Source: Chrysomallon squamiferum
Taxonomy: Eukaryota > Animalia > Mollusca
Length of the DNA: 64,000 nt
Direction of reading: 5' to 3'
NCBI GenBank assembly: GCA_012295275.1
Contig: CM022673.1
Coordinates: forward strand, 20,460,001-20,524,000
In this document: in pieces, positions 1 to 13,089 of the stretch
Layout of the letters: each line of letters starts with the position of its first letter
How positions within the stretch are numbered: position 1 is the stretch's first letter
The notes under the pieces: generated by a model
Database searches by the model: none
What the model was told of the DNA's origin: nothing
What the model saw: the letters and a program-made list of their open reading frames with translations, nothing else
Made by a program: the position numbers and the translations under genes

Positions 1-1218
1 TCATAGGAAGCTGATAAGTATTCATTAATATAGTAAACTTATTTATCTGAATGCCTAAGCACGCATGTTTATATTAAATTTTGTTATGGTGTAAAATGTT
101 CTCTTTTATATCTGACAAAATAATCGGTTGATAAAAAGATATTAATAAATAATTTAAAAAATATTAAAAGCGAAATGAATGACTAAACCCATCTGCAAAT
201 ATATGACAATTCTAAAAACATGTAAGACAAATTAATAACATAATAAACTTTCCATAAATAACATTAACTAAGATTATGTCAAACAAAAATTAAAAGGAAA
301 ATGTACTTATCTGTAACTTAATGATTTTTATCGTATAAATAAATAATAAAGAATGAGATCCCTTGGATAATTAATTAAACTATAAATAATAGTTAATTAT
401 CGCTGAATAATCCTGATCGAATATAAAAGAAAAACGATTGTAATTTATGTTCATATTAGTATTTAAAAGCAAAATTCACTCGTTTGACATTATAAATCTC
501 TCTAGATTATAGCAGCAAAAAATAATAGTAACAATTTATAAATCGAAATAAATTAACTAAAAAAGAAATAAAGAAGGTAGAAAAAGAAAGGAATAAAATA
601 TGATTTATGATATAGATATAGATTAATAAAAAATCTTTATGCATATACATGATTAAAAAAAGAAGAAAAACAAAGAGAAAAAAAAGCCAAATTTATGTAA
701 TGCAATTTCCTTAAATTATCACTAATAAAGTTGTTGTCCTTTTTGTTTGTCTTTTTATCCTCATCATCATTAGAACATGCTTTAATGAGTAACAACGTCC
801 ATTGACTTTCCTGTATAATATACCTAATGTGTCGTTATTTTGTCTAGACAATAGTTTTACTTTCTTCACATAACCCTAAATGTCTTTTATTAATGTTCAC
901 AGTATACTTTTAATAATCCATTAAAAAAGATACAAATCATTAGACGTCTATTAACATTTCATAAACAAACTGGGTTACATTAAACACCTTAACAAAAAAA
1001 AAAAAATAAGAAAACATAAGTGCTATATCTGAATTAGAATAAATATATTTATATAAATAAATTTATATTTATATATAAGTATATATACAGACTGTTTCAT
1101 TTAATTTGTATTTGTTACATGTTTATTAATTGGTTTTTAACTGGAAAATATTCGACTTAAGAAACAAAAATCATAATTATAATAAAATAACTAAAAAAAA
1201 AAATAAAAAACAGTAGCA

Positions 1219-1262
<44 letters not shown>

Positions 1263-1569
1263 CTATTATTTTATTAATATTGAACCAAGTATTCGCATAA
1301 ATGATCGATATTTATTATGAAAATTTCCTAAGCTATGTTAGAAAATACGGCTAAAGAACAATGCAGATATATTAGTTCGCCTAAAAGTTTAAATTTATAA
1401 AATTATTTTTATTGCTATTAAAAAGAAAACTAAAAAGCACTCTTCCATTTAAAAAAATATATGAAATTTTCTTTTAGCAGCAGAAAAGAAATGTATTTGA
1501 TTTTGTAAAATTCTTTAATAGTGAAGGAATATTCAGATGACCCAGTCGGAGTGTAGTGCCTGTCCCTTA

Positions 1570-2091
1570 AACAAACTTTTCTTCCTGCGTCAGAGGAAAA
1601 GGTGACAATGAGAAAGCTTAGTTTCTTGAAAGCATTTGGCTAAGAAAAGACATGACTAAAATGCACTGAAATGTGCCCGTCTTAATGTCTATAAACTGTG
1701 ATAGTAGACTAATAAACGTTGTTATAAAATTGGTACCAGACACACCGAGTTCTGAAAAAACAAACCCACTTCCCATTTCATCTTTCACACCTTAGAAGAG
1801 GCATCAATAAAATTGCCAGACCCATATTTGCTAGGGCCAGAACTGCCACATGTAAGGAAATTGTAATATGGATATTATGAGTTAATTATACTACAGCCAT
1901 AAAGCATAGCTGAAATACATAAGACAGAGGTGCGGGTGAAGAAAACGCTCATTATGAAACTGTTAGATATCATAATAGCAGTTAAGTAACAATCTCCACA
2001 GAGATCTGTTTCAGTTTCAGTCAGTCACTTTCACACGAGACATCGCTGTACTGATGGATTACAATTCGATCTTAGTGTGGTGAAAAAAAAA

Positions 2092-2130
<39 letters not shown>

Positions 2131-2475
2131 TATATGTATATACATACATACATACATACATACGTACATACATATATTTTTGAAACTCCAGTTATACGGC
2201 CTACTTGAACAAACTTTCCTTCCTGCATCAGATAAAAAGGCGACAAACAGAAAGGTTAGTTTCTTAAATCTACTTGAAGAACAAAACTTCTACTTTGAAA
2301 AGATCTTGCGTTAATTGAATTAATCTCTGGAACATGAGTCCGAGACCGTTGTCAGTAACAGCCACAAAGCATAGCTGAAATACACAGTAGAGATCTGCAC
2401 AGAGACAGAGGTGCGGGTGAAGAAACTGCTAATTCTGAAACCGTTAGAAGTCATGATAACAATTAAGTAACACAA
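1570..2475 (+). repeat. Internal direct duplication inside the GPCR copy 1 5' intron
   Basis: 1570-1630 matches 2208-2270 (AAACTTT..TTCCTGC.TCAGA..AAAAGG.GACAA..AGAAAG.TTAGTTTCTT). 1894-1992 matches 2359-2472 (CAGCCA.AAAGCATAGCTGAAATACA..AGACAGAGGTGCGGGTGAAGAAA). Confidence 0.8.
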
Positions 2476-2818
2476 ATCAAAATTGAAAAGGAAAACAAAA
2501 GATACTGCTACGTTGTCTCTGCAAACAAATGGCAGTTTGCTTACATTAAGAAATCGAGTTATAAAAATCTATTTTATCATTTTTCGTTTGTAAAATGCCA
2601 AAAAATTACTGCTCTCTTCTGTGATGCTTACGCAAAAAACCATTCTGAGTTATAATTGGATAAATAATGTATCGACATAATGAATAGCTAATCTTCCATT
2701 TATTGAAATGATAAATGTAAACAGGCGCATGACTATTTAGTAGGCGGAGTTTATTTTCAAAATATAAAAGCATTCATTTTGAAGTATCAGCAGCGTTGCA
2801 GCGTCTCAGATTAAAATA

Positions 2819-2866
<48 letters not shown>

Positions 2867-3272
2867 GATCATTTCAATAATTTTGTTTTTAAATTCAGTC
2901 TTCTGTGGATATTGGAAAAACGTTCATCGGTGACAGTGAATCTGTAATACGTAACTTACTGTAGTAGAAAGCTGTAAGTATTATAATGACTTATAATGCA
3001 CATGTAGCCTCAATAATTTAATGAAGAAATACCGTAATTTTTAAAAATATTTATCATAAATCATAAATGTTTGTTTTTGCTGTTGCTGTTGTTGAAGTTG
3101 CTGTTTTTGTTCTTGACAATGATTCGTTGTTGTCGAAGAGGTTTCTTTTATATTTCAATTTCGAGTGTTTTTATGCTTAAATCTTGCAACAATTAGTTTT
3201 CTTTCGAATTATGAATAACAGATACAGCTGAATTTTTTACTTCTGATTTTGCATTTTGCTAGCAACACTGAC

Positions 3273-3416
3273 AAGTATATTGCATTATCAGTATTTAGTC
3301 ATCTACCCAAATATATTTTATAATCAGTATTTAGTAATAAACCCTAGTATATCGTATTATAAGTATTTATCATCTACCCTAGTATATGATATTGTCAGTA
3401 CTAAGTCATCTACCCT
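3273..3416 (+). repeat. Degenerate minisatellite, ~36 bp x4
   Basis: Unit is approximately AGTATATCGTATTATCAGTATTTAGTCATCTACCCT. It is reduced to ~1.5 units in the duplicate (12682-12737). Confidence 0.75.
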
Positions 3417-3690
3417 GCTTTTTAGAACTAAATGAGATTTTATTTTTGAAGTAAATTACCCTGGATATGACTGTACTAAATATTAACGATATCAACATGA
3501 TAACCCACTTCAAAATCCAAATACAATCCTTATAGTTTTTAGTAATACAAACTTTATAATAATTATGATCACAAATATTGGTATTTTAACTCTTGTTTGT
3601 GATAGAATTTTGTATTTCTCTTTCTGAATTTGATTAAAATATTTACTTTACACGTATCTTACTGACTGCTTTTTCAGGTTCAGTATAAAG

Positions 3691-4707
3691 ATGAGCAGCG
3701 AGGAATATGACTGTGAAGCTATTTACAACGAATTAGCAGCTTCTTCACCACCGCCTTTGTCTGACCCTCAAACAGATCTCTACTGTGTATTTCAGCTCTT
3801 GTTTATGGCTATTACAATAACTGGTAACAGTCTCGTTATAGTGTCAATATTCAAATTTCCTTACCTGCGCAAACGTCAGAACGTCCACGTGGCAGTACTG
3901 GCTCTAGCAGATATGGGTCTGGCAATTCTAGTCATGCCTCTTCATATCTATGAACGATGGAATGGAAAGTTTGATTTGCCACAATGGGTTTGTGTCTTCA
4001 GAAATATTTTTGATGCTACTTTGAACCAGATATCCATCTTAAATCTGTGCATTCTTTCTGTCGAGCGCTATCTTGCTGTTTGTCGTCCTTTCACACATCA
4101 GAAAATTACTCCTTGCATAACTATATGTACAGCAATTTTCAGCTGGGCTTTTCCTTTGTCTACTATGGCTGTTTACTTCGGGACTGGAATGAACATGATT
4201 GGCCTGGAAGATTATAACTTTTGTCTTATGATAGCACAAATTTGTCCGTATCTTCAGACTAAATGGAGTGCCTATTTACAAGTTGTGTATGTTGCCGTTG
4301 TACCAATGACGATTATTCTGATCCTCTACGTGAAAATATTCCAGAAGGCAAAAGAGCACGCCCGTGCAATCCGATCTTTGACCGTTACGGAGGATGACAA
4401 GAAAAAGAGAAAAGTTTTTACAGGAAACACCAAGGCAGCTCGTACACTCTCAATAGTTATCGGTGTATTCTATTTCTGTTGGCTGCCTGTTGTCGTTCTT
4501 GCTTTGGTGGATGTAACCACTGAATACAAGGTCATTCCGCGTATAATTGTAATTTTGTTTGTTTGGCTGGCGTATCTAAACTCTTTAATGAATCCATTCC
4601 TGTATTATCTGTTCAGCCAGGATTTCAAAACAGCTTTCAGACAGATTTTCCATTACAAGCCAAGAACAGTTACAGACATCACTTTAGCATCTACAAACAT
4701 TTCTTAG
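3691..4707 (+). CDS. Class A aminergic-type GPCR, TAAR/5-HT4-like, copy 1 (intact, single coding exon, 338 aa)
   Basis: Seven hydrophobic segments with GNSLV (TM1), LALAD (TM2), C3.25/D3.32/ERY (TM3), W4.50, P5.50, KAARTL..CWLP (TM6) and WLAYLNSLMNPFLY (TM7). The aminergic fingerprint D3.32/W7.40/Y7.43 is present. A branch point CTGAC (3662) and acceptor TTTTCAG (ends 3677) lie just upstream of the ATG, indicating a 5' UTR intron. Confidence 0.93.
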   Translation: MSSEEYDCEAIYNELAASSPPPLSDPQTDLYCVFQLLFMAITITGNSLVIVSIFKFPYLRKRQNVHVAVLALADMGLAILVMPLHIYERWNGKFDLPQWVCVFRNIFDATLNQISILNLCILSVERYLAVCRPFTHQKITPCITICTAIFSWAFPLSTMAVYFGTGMNMIGLEDYNFCLMIAQICPYLQTKWSAYLQVVYVAVVPMTIILILYVKIFQKAKEHARAIRSLTVTEDDKKKRKVFTGNTKAARTLSIVIGVFYFCWLPVVVLALVDVTTEYKVIPRIIVILFVWLAYLNSLMNPFLYYLFSQDFKTAFRQIFHYKPRTVTDITLASTNIS

Positions 4708-5443
4708 TAAAAAAAAAAAATAATAATAATATATCATTAGAAAAAATAACAGTGTATTGTTATTGTAATTGTTGTTGTTGTTGTTGTTGTTGTTTCTGTT
4801 ATATTTGTCTTGATATATTGAATGTTTTAATTTGTAAAATCAATGTTAAAAGTTCTAATTAATGATATTTTATTAATTAATATTTCATGTTCTCGTCAGC
4901 TTTTATTTTCGATTAGGAGAATAGTTCAATTTTATATCACATTCTACTGAACTTTTACCTTACACTGTTTTCAGTTTTAAAACCGTTTTTTTTTTTTTTT
5001 TTTTTTTTTTCATTATTTTATTAATTATAAATTTGTTTCGTGAATAATTCTGCATGTTTTGGTTATAAATTATTTATGCAACAATAAGGAAGCGATGATC
5101 CAATACAATATTTAGAGGACATAAAATATGCATCAATGTAGCAGGTGCAACACATAACCGGATTATAAATTCAAACATTAATATATCGTTAGTGTACAAC
5201 TTCGTATTCGATTCAGAACTCATTAAGAATCCAAATAAGAGATAACGTTGTGCTCCGAAACCTACGTTACCTCCATTCCATATTCTAGAAAGTAAAAGCT
5301 CCGCGCTTATTTTTCTGAACTGCATTCATGAATTTTGGATCAAAATTTCGCTGGATTCTTAAATGGACACATATGCATAGACTCAAACAATGAAATATTA
5401 TCTTACATTATTGTATTTATAATTTTCATTTCTATGTGTGTGT

Positions 5444-5478
<35 letters not shown>

Positions 5479-6479
5479 AATGAAATATATAAATATAAAT
5501 ACAATATATAAATATATATATAGATATATATGTATGGCCTGTTATCGCACTATTTATAATTTTCAGGAAATTGCTACTGTTAGTAATTATTATTCAATCA
5601 AAAATAAAATAAATTACAATTAAAATTCCCTATTATAGAAATTCAACAGTATTGTTTTATGTTAAGATATGAAGATATTTTTACTACTATTATATATTTG
5701 TGATGTATTTTGGCATTGTGAGGTTATGATATCATGGTAAACCAACCTTGCTATGATTATATTGTTCTGGGGATAAAATCATTATTAGTGGTTGCTAATA
5801 AGAAATCATTAAATTTATACAGATGCAATGAAATGAGCCGATAAGTCAAAAAGAATAGGTCTTCTGTTTTCCGTGTTGAAGAATGAAGGAAACTAAAAAT
5901 AATATACCATTATTACTACTGACAGAAATTTATTTCTTAGTTTTAAAATATCTGATATAAAAAAAATCTGAACTAATCATAACAACAATTATCTCATTCT
6001 CGCTTTTTTTTTTTCCCTGCTAATTTAGCCTAATCTGATCATTATCATTACTGATTCAGTTCTACTCTTTTATTAAACTTTCTTTATCTAAAAAGTATTT
6101 TTATTTAAGAAGCAATAAATTCAGTATTTTCTACATACTTCCACATAATTGTTTTCTCTTTTGACTTTAACGAAGTGTAAGAGTTAAACAAATAAAACAA
6201 ATATCTGGTCGCCGACATATTTTGTAATCACGTGGTATTCACCTACAGGATAGAGTGATTTTCGTTTCTTGATTTTATTGTCATATTTTGTTACGATCTA
6301 TAACAGATCGCCCAAAACAATAAATAATAATAATGTGGAAATAAAAGTAATTAATTAGACCGTATATTCATAACAAAATGGTGGTAAAGAGATATTTTTG
6401 TATAATAAACGATGTTTATTATCATACACATATCATCGTTTGCCTTGACAGATGCTATTTAAATAATAGTTTAAGTTAA

Positions 6480-6536
<57 letters not shown>

Positions 6537-7114
6537 TAAACAAATAAATTAAATAAATCTTACCTAACAATTAAATTATCAACAAATTAAATTGTTACAA
6601 CCAAAGCAAATAAATATATTAATAAAGTTAGACAATGATTTAGTTCACACGAGTATATTATAAAGCTACTCATTTCATAGTTTTCTTTTCTGCTCTCCAT
6701 TTTGCATTGTTGATCGGTATCGCGATTTTTGTGTAATTGTTACTTTTCAAAGTAAATATCTGACACTGTTAATTTCTCAATAAAAAAACGAAGCTTGTTA
6801 CTTCGACATCTGACGTAACATGTGACTTGATGCAATTTTACATCTAAAATAAAAGAAAGATGAAATAACGATTATCAAAAAAATGTGCATTTTCAAAGGT
6901 TGATTTGAGGGGGATTTTTTATTTTATTTATTTATTTATTTATTTATTTTATTATTTTTTATTATTATTATTTCTTCTTTTTTTATTAAGAAGTGATTTT
7001 TAAACTGTAATACTATATTTAGTAAACAGGCAAGGATTTTGGAATTTCAGAATCCAATCAGTGACATTTATTTTTTCATTAAGTAAAAATAATTTGTAAC
7101 AAACAGTAGGTTGC

Positions 7115-7232
<118 letters not shown>

Positions 7233-7276
7233 AGTCCATTAGTTAGCCTACAAGAAGATTTAAACAATGCATGAGT

Positions 7277-7812
7277 AAAATAAAAATTAGAAATTATTAT
7301 ACCAAAAATAAATTATCTAATTTGTATTGATACCTGTGCGTTTCATATTCTGATAATTCTTTTTTTTTTTCTTTTTTTTTAAGTGTTTATTGATATTTCT
7401 AACGCAGATTGAAATGAGCTTGCAGTTATTACTATTATTTGAATTTTTATTTTATTTTTATAACACTATTTATTTTTTCACAGAAGAAACTGGCTGAAGA
7501 AACTCGTCGATAAAATCTGAAGGCAAGAAGGTTCTTTAACTTTATTTTATTTTATTTTATTTATTTATTAGATAGCTAAAATTAAAGAATGCAAGAGCAA
7601 AATAAAAATTAGAAATTATAATATGCATATACCAAGAATAAATGATCTAATTTGTCTTGAAGCACATTAATATACGTGTTAATTTCATATTCTGATTATC
7701 TTTTGTTTTCTTCTTTTAAAGTGTTTTTGATATTCTAACACAGATTATTTGAATTTTATTATATTCTTATGACACTGTTTGCTTTTTGAAACCTTTGGCT
7801 GAAGAAACTCAC
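7277..7812 (+). repeat. Local diverged tandem duplication (~230-320 bp unit x2)
   Basis: AAAATAAAAATTAGAAATTAT..ATACCAA.AATAAAT.ATCTAATTTGT..TTTCATATTCTGAT..GGCTGAAGAAACTC occurs at 7277-7505 and 7598-7810. Confidence 0.8.
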
Positions 7813-8781
7813 CGTTTCTCATGTAAGTTTAAGTCACTTGTAATGTTCCAGTTATTATTGTTATTAGTTGTTTTATAATAGTAATAGTAATAATAATAAA
7901 ATAAAAGTAAAAAAGCATGAAATGAGAAGAAACTAATATTGATTGTTTCAAGTTCGATTTAGGTAAATCAAAACCTTGATTTTTTTAATTACACTGGATT
8001 ATAAGTTACTTAGCAAAAATCGAACAGTTAAGAAATTATACATCTAAGAAAAGATGAACAGGAAAAAAAATTAAATTAAATTGAGTAAATGAACTTTTCG
8101 AATCTCAAAACAGTATATTGTATTGATTAGAAATTTAAATTTTCGACATATTAAGAAATAATTATTCTAGGTGTGAAACAAAAGAAAAAATATATAGAAT
8201 AACATAACTCTCTATCTCTATTTCTCTCTCTCTCTCTGCATTTTAAAAATTAATTCTTAATGAAATCAAGACAGTCCGAGACACGAAGGATACACGAAAT
8301 AATTGGCATTACAAAAACAATATCTTTTAGAATAATATTTTTAATGGAATATTTTATTAAATGAACAATTAATTTCAGGTATCTGTCAAGTTGATAATTC
8401 TTAGACTAACCGTTCACCAGTTATTGTGAAAAATGAATATTTTATATTGTATTAAGTATTTAATGACAAAAATAATAAAAAATAAAAAGTAAAAACGTAA
8501 TTTATATGTAACGGATATGTGCTGAATACAAATGAGGTCTGATGCTGAGGATGGACTTCGAATTAATCTCTCGCTCTGTTATTTTGTAATTATATTATTA
8601 CAGCTTAACTTTATATTTCACGGCTGGAATCACTGGGGTGAGGCAGTGAGAAACACAGACAACACAAAGATAGATCTGCTGTGCGGAGGATGGTCTGGAG
8701 GATGTTCTCCTAACGGTACAATGTTGCTGAAACTAAAACAGAGCCAAGGTGATGGTTAATTTACTGTTATTATAAGCGATT

Positions 8782-8789
8782 GTGTGTGA

Positions 8790-8852
<63 letters not shown>
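8782..8852. repeat. (GT)n microsatellite
   Basis: Near-pure GT run. Confidence 0.97.
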
Positions 8853-8853
<1 letters not shown>

Positions 8854-9018
8854 TTTTCAAGTCAATATTATTCGAGGTGATATACACAAATACAATACAT
8901 AGATTAAATACACACAATACATATACTACATACATATATACACGTATACACACAATCATGCATATATATACATGCATATACGCATACAAACAAACACCGG
9001 AATCCTCTGTATGGCATG

Positions 9019-9610
9019 TATATATAAAACCTTTACCTGCATGATAAGGAACAATATTTGACTGCGTGACGATCATTTCTACACGAGCAAATAGGTTATT
9101 TTATCCTTTGCTGCCATCTTGCATTTCTGCCCGACCATCATTTCCGCTCTGTGATCGGTTATCTTGCTAACTGATGGTACGTGATAAGAACAGAAGAGCT
9201 TGTTACTTGGGTTTCTCAGGAGGACTAACTACTCATTCTAAATGTTCCAAAGGTTTTGGCTGAAAGTATCGGATTTTGTGTTTTCCTCAGTTTTGATGAT
9301 TCTCACTTACTTCATACAGCCAGACGACAAACCAAGTCAGTTCAAACCGCAGCTGTTTCTTTCTCAATACAGGAGAGAAATAATTACACTAAAAATACAA
9401 AAGCATTTTTTAAACTTATTTTATTTGGGCTTTGTTTTTCTTCCCCTATCTGGTTGCCATTTCTTCTTGCTTTCGTTTCTGGTTGGATATCTGCTTCAAA
9501 TTGAATTAAAATTATTTGTCATATGGCTGGGTTATGTCAACTAGTGTTTTACATCTTGACTGAGCAATTTACGAAAGCATTTGGATTTGTTTTTGCGGTG
9601 TCCGGTAAGT
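9019..9610 (+). promoter_or_regulatory. Putative TATA box and non-coding first exon of GPCR copy 2
   Basis: TATATATAAAA at 9019-9029 is followed by ~550 nt of more GC-balanced sequence ending in a consensus donor CCG|GTAAGT (9604/9605). The matching acceptor is at 13076. Confidence 0.55.
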
Positions 9611-10600
9611 AAAGTCATAGCTAGTTGATAAGGATTAAATAACAAGTAAACTTATTTAACTGAATGCCTAAGCATGCATGTCTGTATTCAATTTTGTTCT
9701 TGTGTAAAAATGTCCTCCTTTATTATCTCACAAAATAATTACGGTCGATAAAAAGATATTAATAAATAATAAAAAATATTAAAAGCGAAATAAATAACGT
9801 CAACCCATCTGCAAATATAAGACAATTCTAAAAACACATAAGATGAATTAATAAAATGATAAACTTAAACAGTATATATTTCCATAAATAACATTAACTA
9901 AGATTATGTGAAACAAAAGTTAAAAGGAAAATGCACTTATCTGTAACTTAGTGATTTAATCGTATAAATAAATTATAAAGAATGAAATCGTTTGGATAAT
10001 TAATTACACTATAAATAATGATTAATTATCGCTGAATAATCCGGATCGAATATAAAAGAAAAACGATTGTAATTCATGTTCATATTAGTATTTAAAAGCA
10101 AAATTCATTCGTTTTACATTATAAATCTCTCCAGATTATAGCAGCAAAGAATGATAATAATAATTTATAAAGAAGAAAAAATAAAAAGAAAGAAAAATAA
10201 ATCAAATAAAAAAAATAAAGAAGATAAAAAAAAAGAAATAAAATGTGATAAATGCCAGCGATGTAAAATAATTTATGATGTACATGTAGATTAATAAAAA
10301 AAAAAGCACCTTTATATTGAAAATAACAATTACTTTATGCATATTATATATGATAAAAAAAAAATAGGAACAAAGAGAAAAAAAAACATTTGTATGTAAT
10401 GCAGTTTCCTTAAATTATCACTATTAATGTTGTTGTCGTTTGTTACCCTTTCTCTTCGTCTTTTTAGCATCACCTTCATCGTCATTAGAACATATTTTAA
10501 TGAGTAACAGCGACCTTTGACTTTGCTGTATAATATTCGTAATATTTTGTTATTTTGTCTAGACTATAGTTTTAGTTTTTTCAAAGAACCCTAAATGTCT

Positions 10601-10695
10601 TTTAGAAATGTTCATGGATGTCTAATGATTTGTATCCTTTTAATAATCCATTAAAAAAGATACAAATCATTAGACGTCTATGAACATTTCATAAA
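10601..10695 (+). repeat. Inverted repeat/hairpin with ~40-bp arms and a 5-nt loop
   Basis: GAAATGTTCATGGATGTCTAATGATTTGTATCCTTTTAAT-AATCC-ATTAAAAAAGATACAAATCATTAGACGTCTATGAACATTTC. Confidence 0.85.
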
Positions 10696-11156
10696 CAAAC
10701 TGAGTTACATTAAACACCTTAATAAAAAAAAATATAATAGGAACAGATTAGTGATATATTTGAATTAGTCATCAGAGCGCTGAAATAAAACATTAAAAAA
10801 TGTATTGTTACTAGTGTTGTTGTTTTATTGCTGCTGTTGGTGGTGTTATTTATTTATTTAATGAATTTTTCCTGTATTATTTGTTATTTTTATTATTATT
10901 TATTTATTGATTGATTTCTTGTTATTGTTTTTCTTCTCCTTTTTGTTTTCATTCCTTTTTTTTTATTTTTTTTTTTTTGTTGTTGTTTTTTTTTACCGAT
11001 ACCATCGTTTTTATAATAATGTAGAGATATACTGATTGTTTCGTTTAAGTTGTATTTGTTATAAGTTTATTAATTGTTTGGAAAGTACTCGACTTAAAAA
11101 ACAAAAATCATAATTATAATAAAATAACAAAAACAGTAAGAACAGTAGCAATAATA

Positions 11157-11229
<73 letters not shown>

Positions 11230-13089
11230 TGAAATAAATAAATAATGAATAATAATAATAACTGTTTTATTTTTATAATATTGCACCAGGCATTCCAATA
11301 AATAATGACTGATTTTTATTATGAACATTTCCTAAGTTAGGTTAGAAAATACGGTTAAAGAACAATGCAGATATATTAATTCGCCTGAACGCTTAAATCT
11401 TTGAGGGATTAAATTATTGTTATTGCAATTAAAAAGAAAACTAAAAAGCAGTCTCCCATTTAAAAAAAAATAAAATTAAAAAAAAAAAAAAATTCTTATA
11501 GCAGCAGAAAAGAAATGTATTGGATTTTCTAAAATTCTTTATTAATGAAGGAATATACAAATGACCCTGTTGGAGTATAATGCCTGACCCCTAAACAAAC
11601 TTTCTTCCTGCGTCAGAGGAAAAGGTGACAAACAGAAAGGTTAGTTTCTTAATGAACTCGGCTAAGAAAAGGTATGAATACAATTTCCAGACCCATACCA
11701 GCTAGAGCAAGAACTGACACAGGTATGAATTTTATAACGAGTTAATTATAGTAACAGCCATAAAGTATAGCTGACACTCCACAGAGATCTGTGTCAGATT
11801 CAGTCAATCACTTTCACCTCAGACGTGGATGTACTGATGGTTTACGATTCAATGTCACTGGGGTCCAAAAATCCCGTCTTTCTGAAATTTCCATTAATAC
11901 GGCTTACTTGAAGAACCTAACTTCTTCTACTTTGAAAAAATGTTGTATTAATTGAATTAATATCTGGATCATGAAGAAACTGCTAATTCTGAAACTGTTA
12001 GAAATCACAATAACAATTAAGTAATAAAAATCAAAATGGAAAAGGAAAACAAAAGTTGCTGCAACATAGTCTCTCTCTGCAAATGAATAGCAGTTCGCTG
12101 AGACTAATAAAATCCATTTATCATTTTTATCATTTTTCGTTTGTAAATGCCAAAACCATACATGCTCTCTTCCGTGATGCCTACACGAAAAAAACATTCT
12201 GATTTATAACTGGATGAGTAATTTATCGACATAATGAATAGCTAGTCTTCCATTTATTGAAATGATAAATATAAACAGACACATGATATTTAGTAGGCGG
12301 AGTTTCTTTTACGAATATAAAAGCATTCATTTTGAAGTATCTGCAGTGTTGCAGCGTCTCAGAGTAAAAAAAAAATAATAATAATAATAATGATAGTAAT
12401 AAAGACGATCTCAATAATTTCGTTTTTAAATTCAGTCTTCTGTGGATATTGAAGAAACTTTTCTTCTGTGGCAGTGAATCTGCAATACATAACCTACAGT
12501 AGTAGAAAGCTGTAAGTATTATAATGACTTATAATGCACATGTAGCCTCAATAGTTTAATGAAGAAATACCGTAATTTTAATAAATATAATAGAAAACGG
12601 TATTTATCATAAATACGAACTGATTTTACGATGTTGCTGTTGCTGTTGTTGAATTGGCTGTTTTTGTTGTTGACAATGATGTCGTATTATGTGTATTCAC
12701 ATCTACCCACGTATATCGTATTTTCGTATTTAGTCAGATATGAGTTTATCAAAATAATTCAGTAGGAGGAATCTTTATTAATTCATCCTGCATCTGACAA
12801 CACCAATAACCCGCTATTTAAAAATAAACGAGATTTTATTTTTGAAGTAAATTACACCGGATGCGACTGTACTAAATAATAAGAATACCAACATGATAGC
12901 CCACTTCAAAATCCAAATAGAATCCTTATAGTTCTTAGTAATACAAACTTTATAATAATTATTATCAGAAATATTTATATTTTAACTCTTGAACGTGATA
13001 GAAAATATTCTCTTTCTGAATTTCTTTAAAATGTTGCTGTACAGTTCTACACTTGTCTTACTGACTTCTTTTTCAGGTTCAGTATAAAG

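Larger units (their letters stand above)
1..4715 (+). repeat. Tandem segmental duplication unit A (5' intron plus GPCR copy 1); begins upstream of the window
   Basis: Colinear with 9615-14115 from base 1 (TCATAG..GTAAACTTATTTA.CTGAATGCCTAAGCA) through the stop codon. Similarity is lost just after the stop. Confidence 0.92.
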
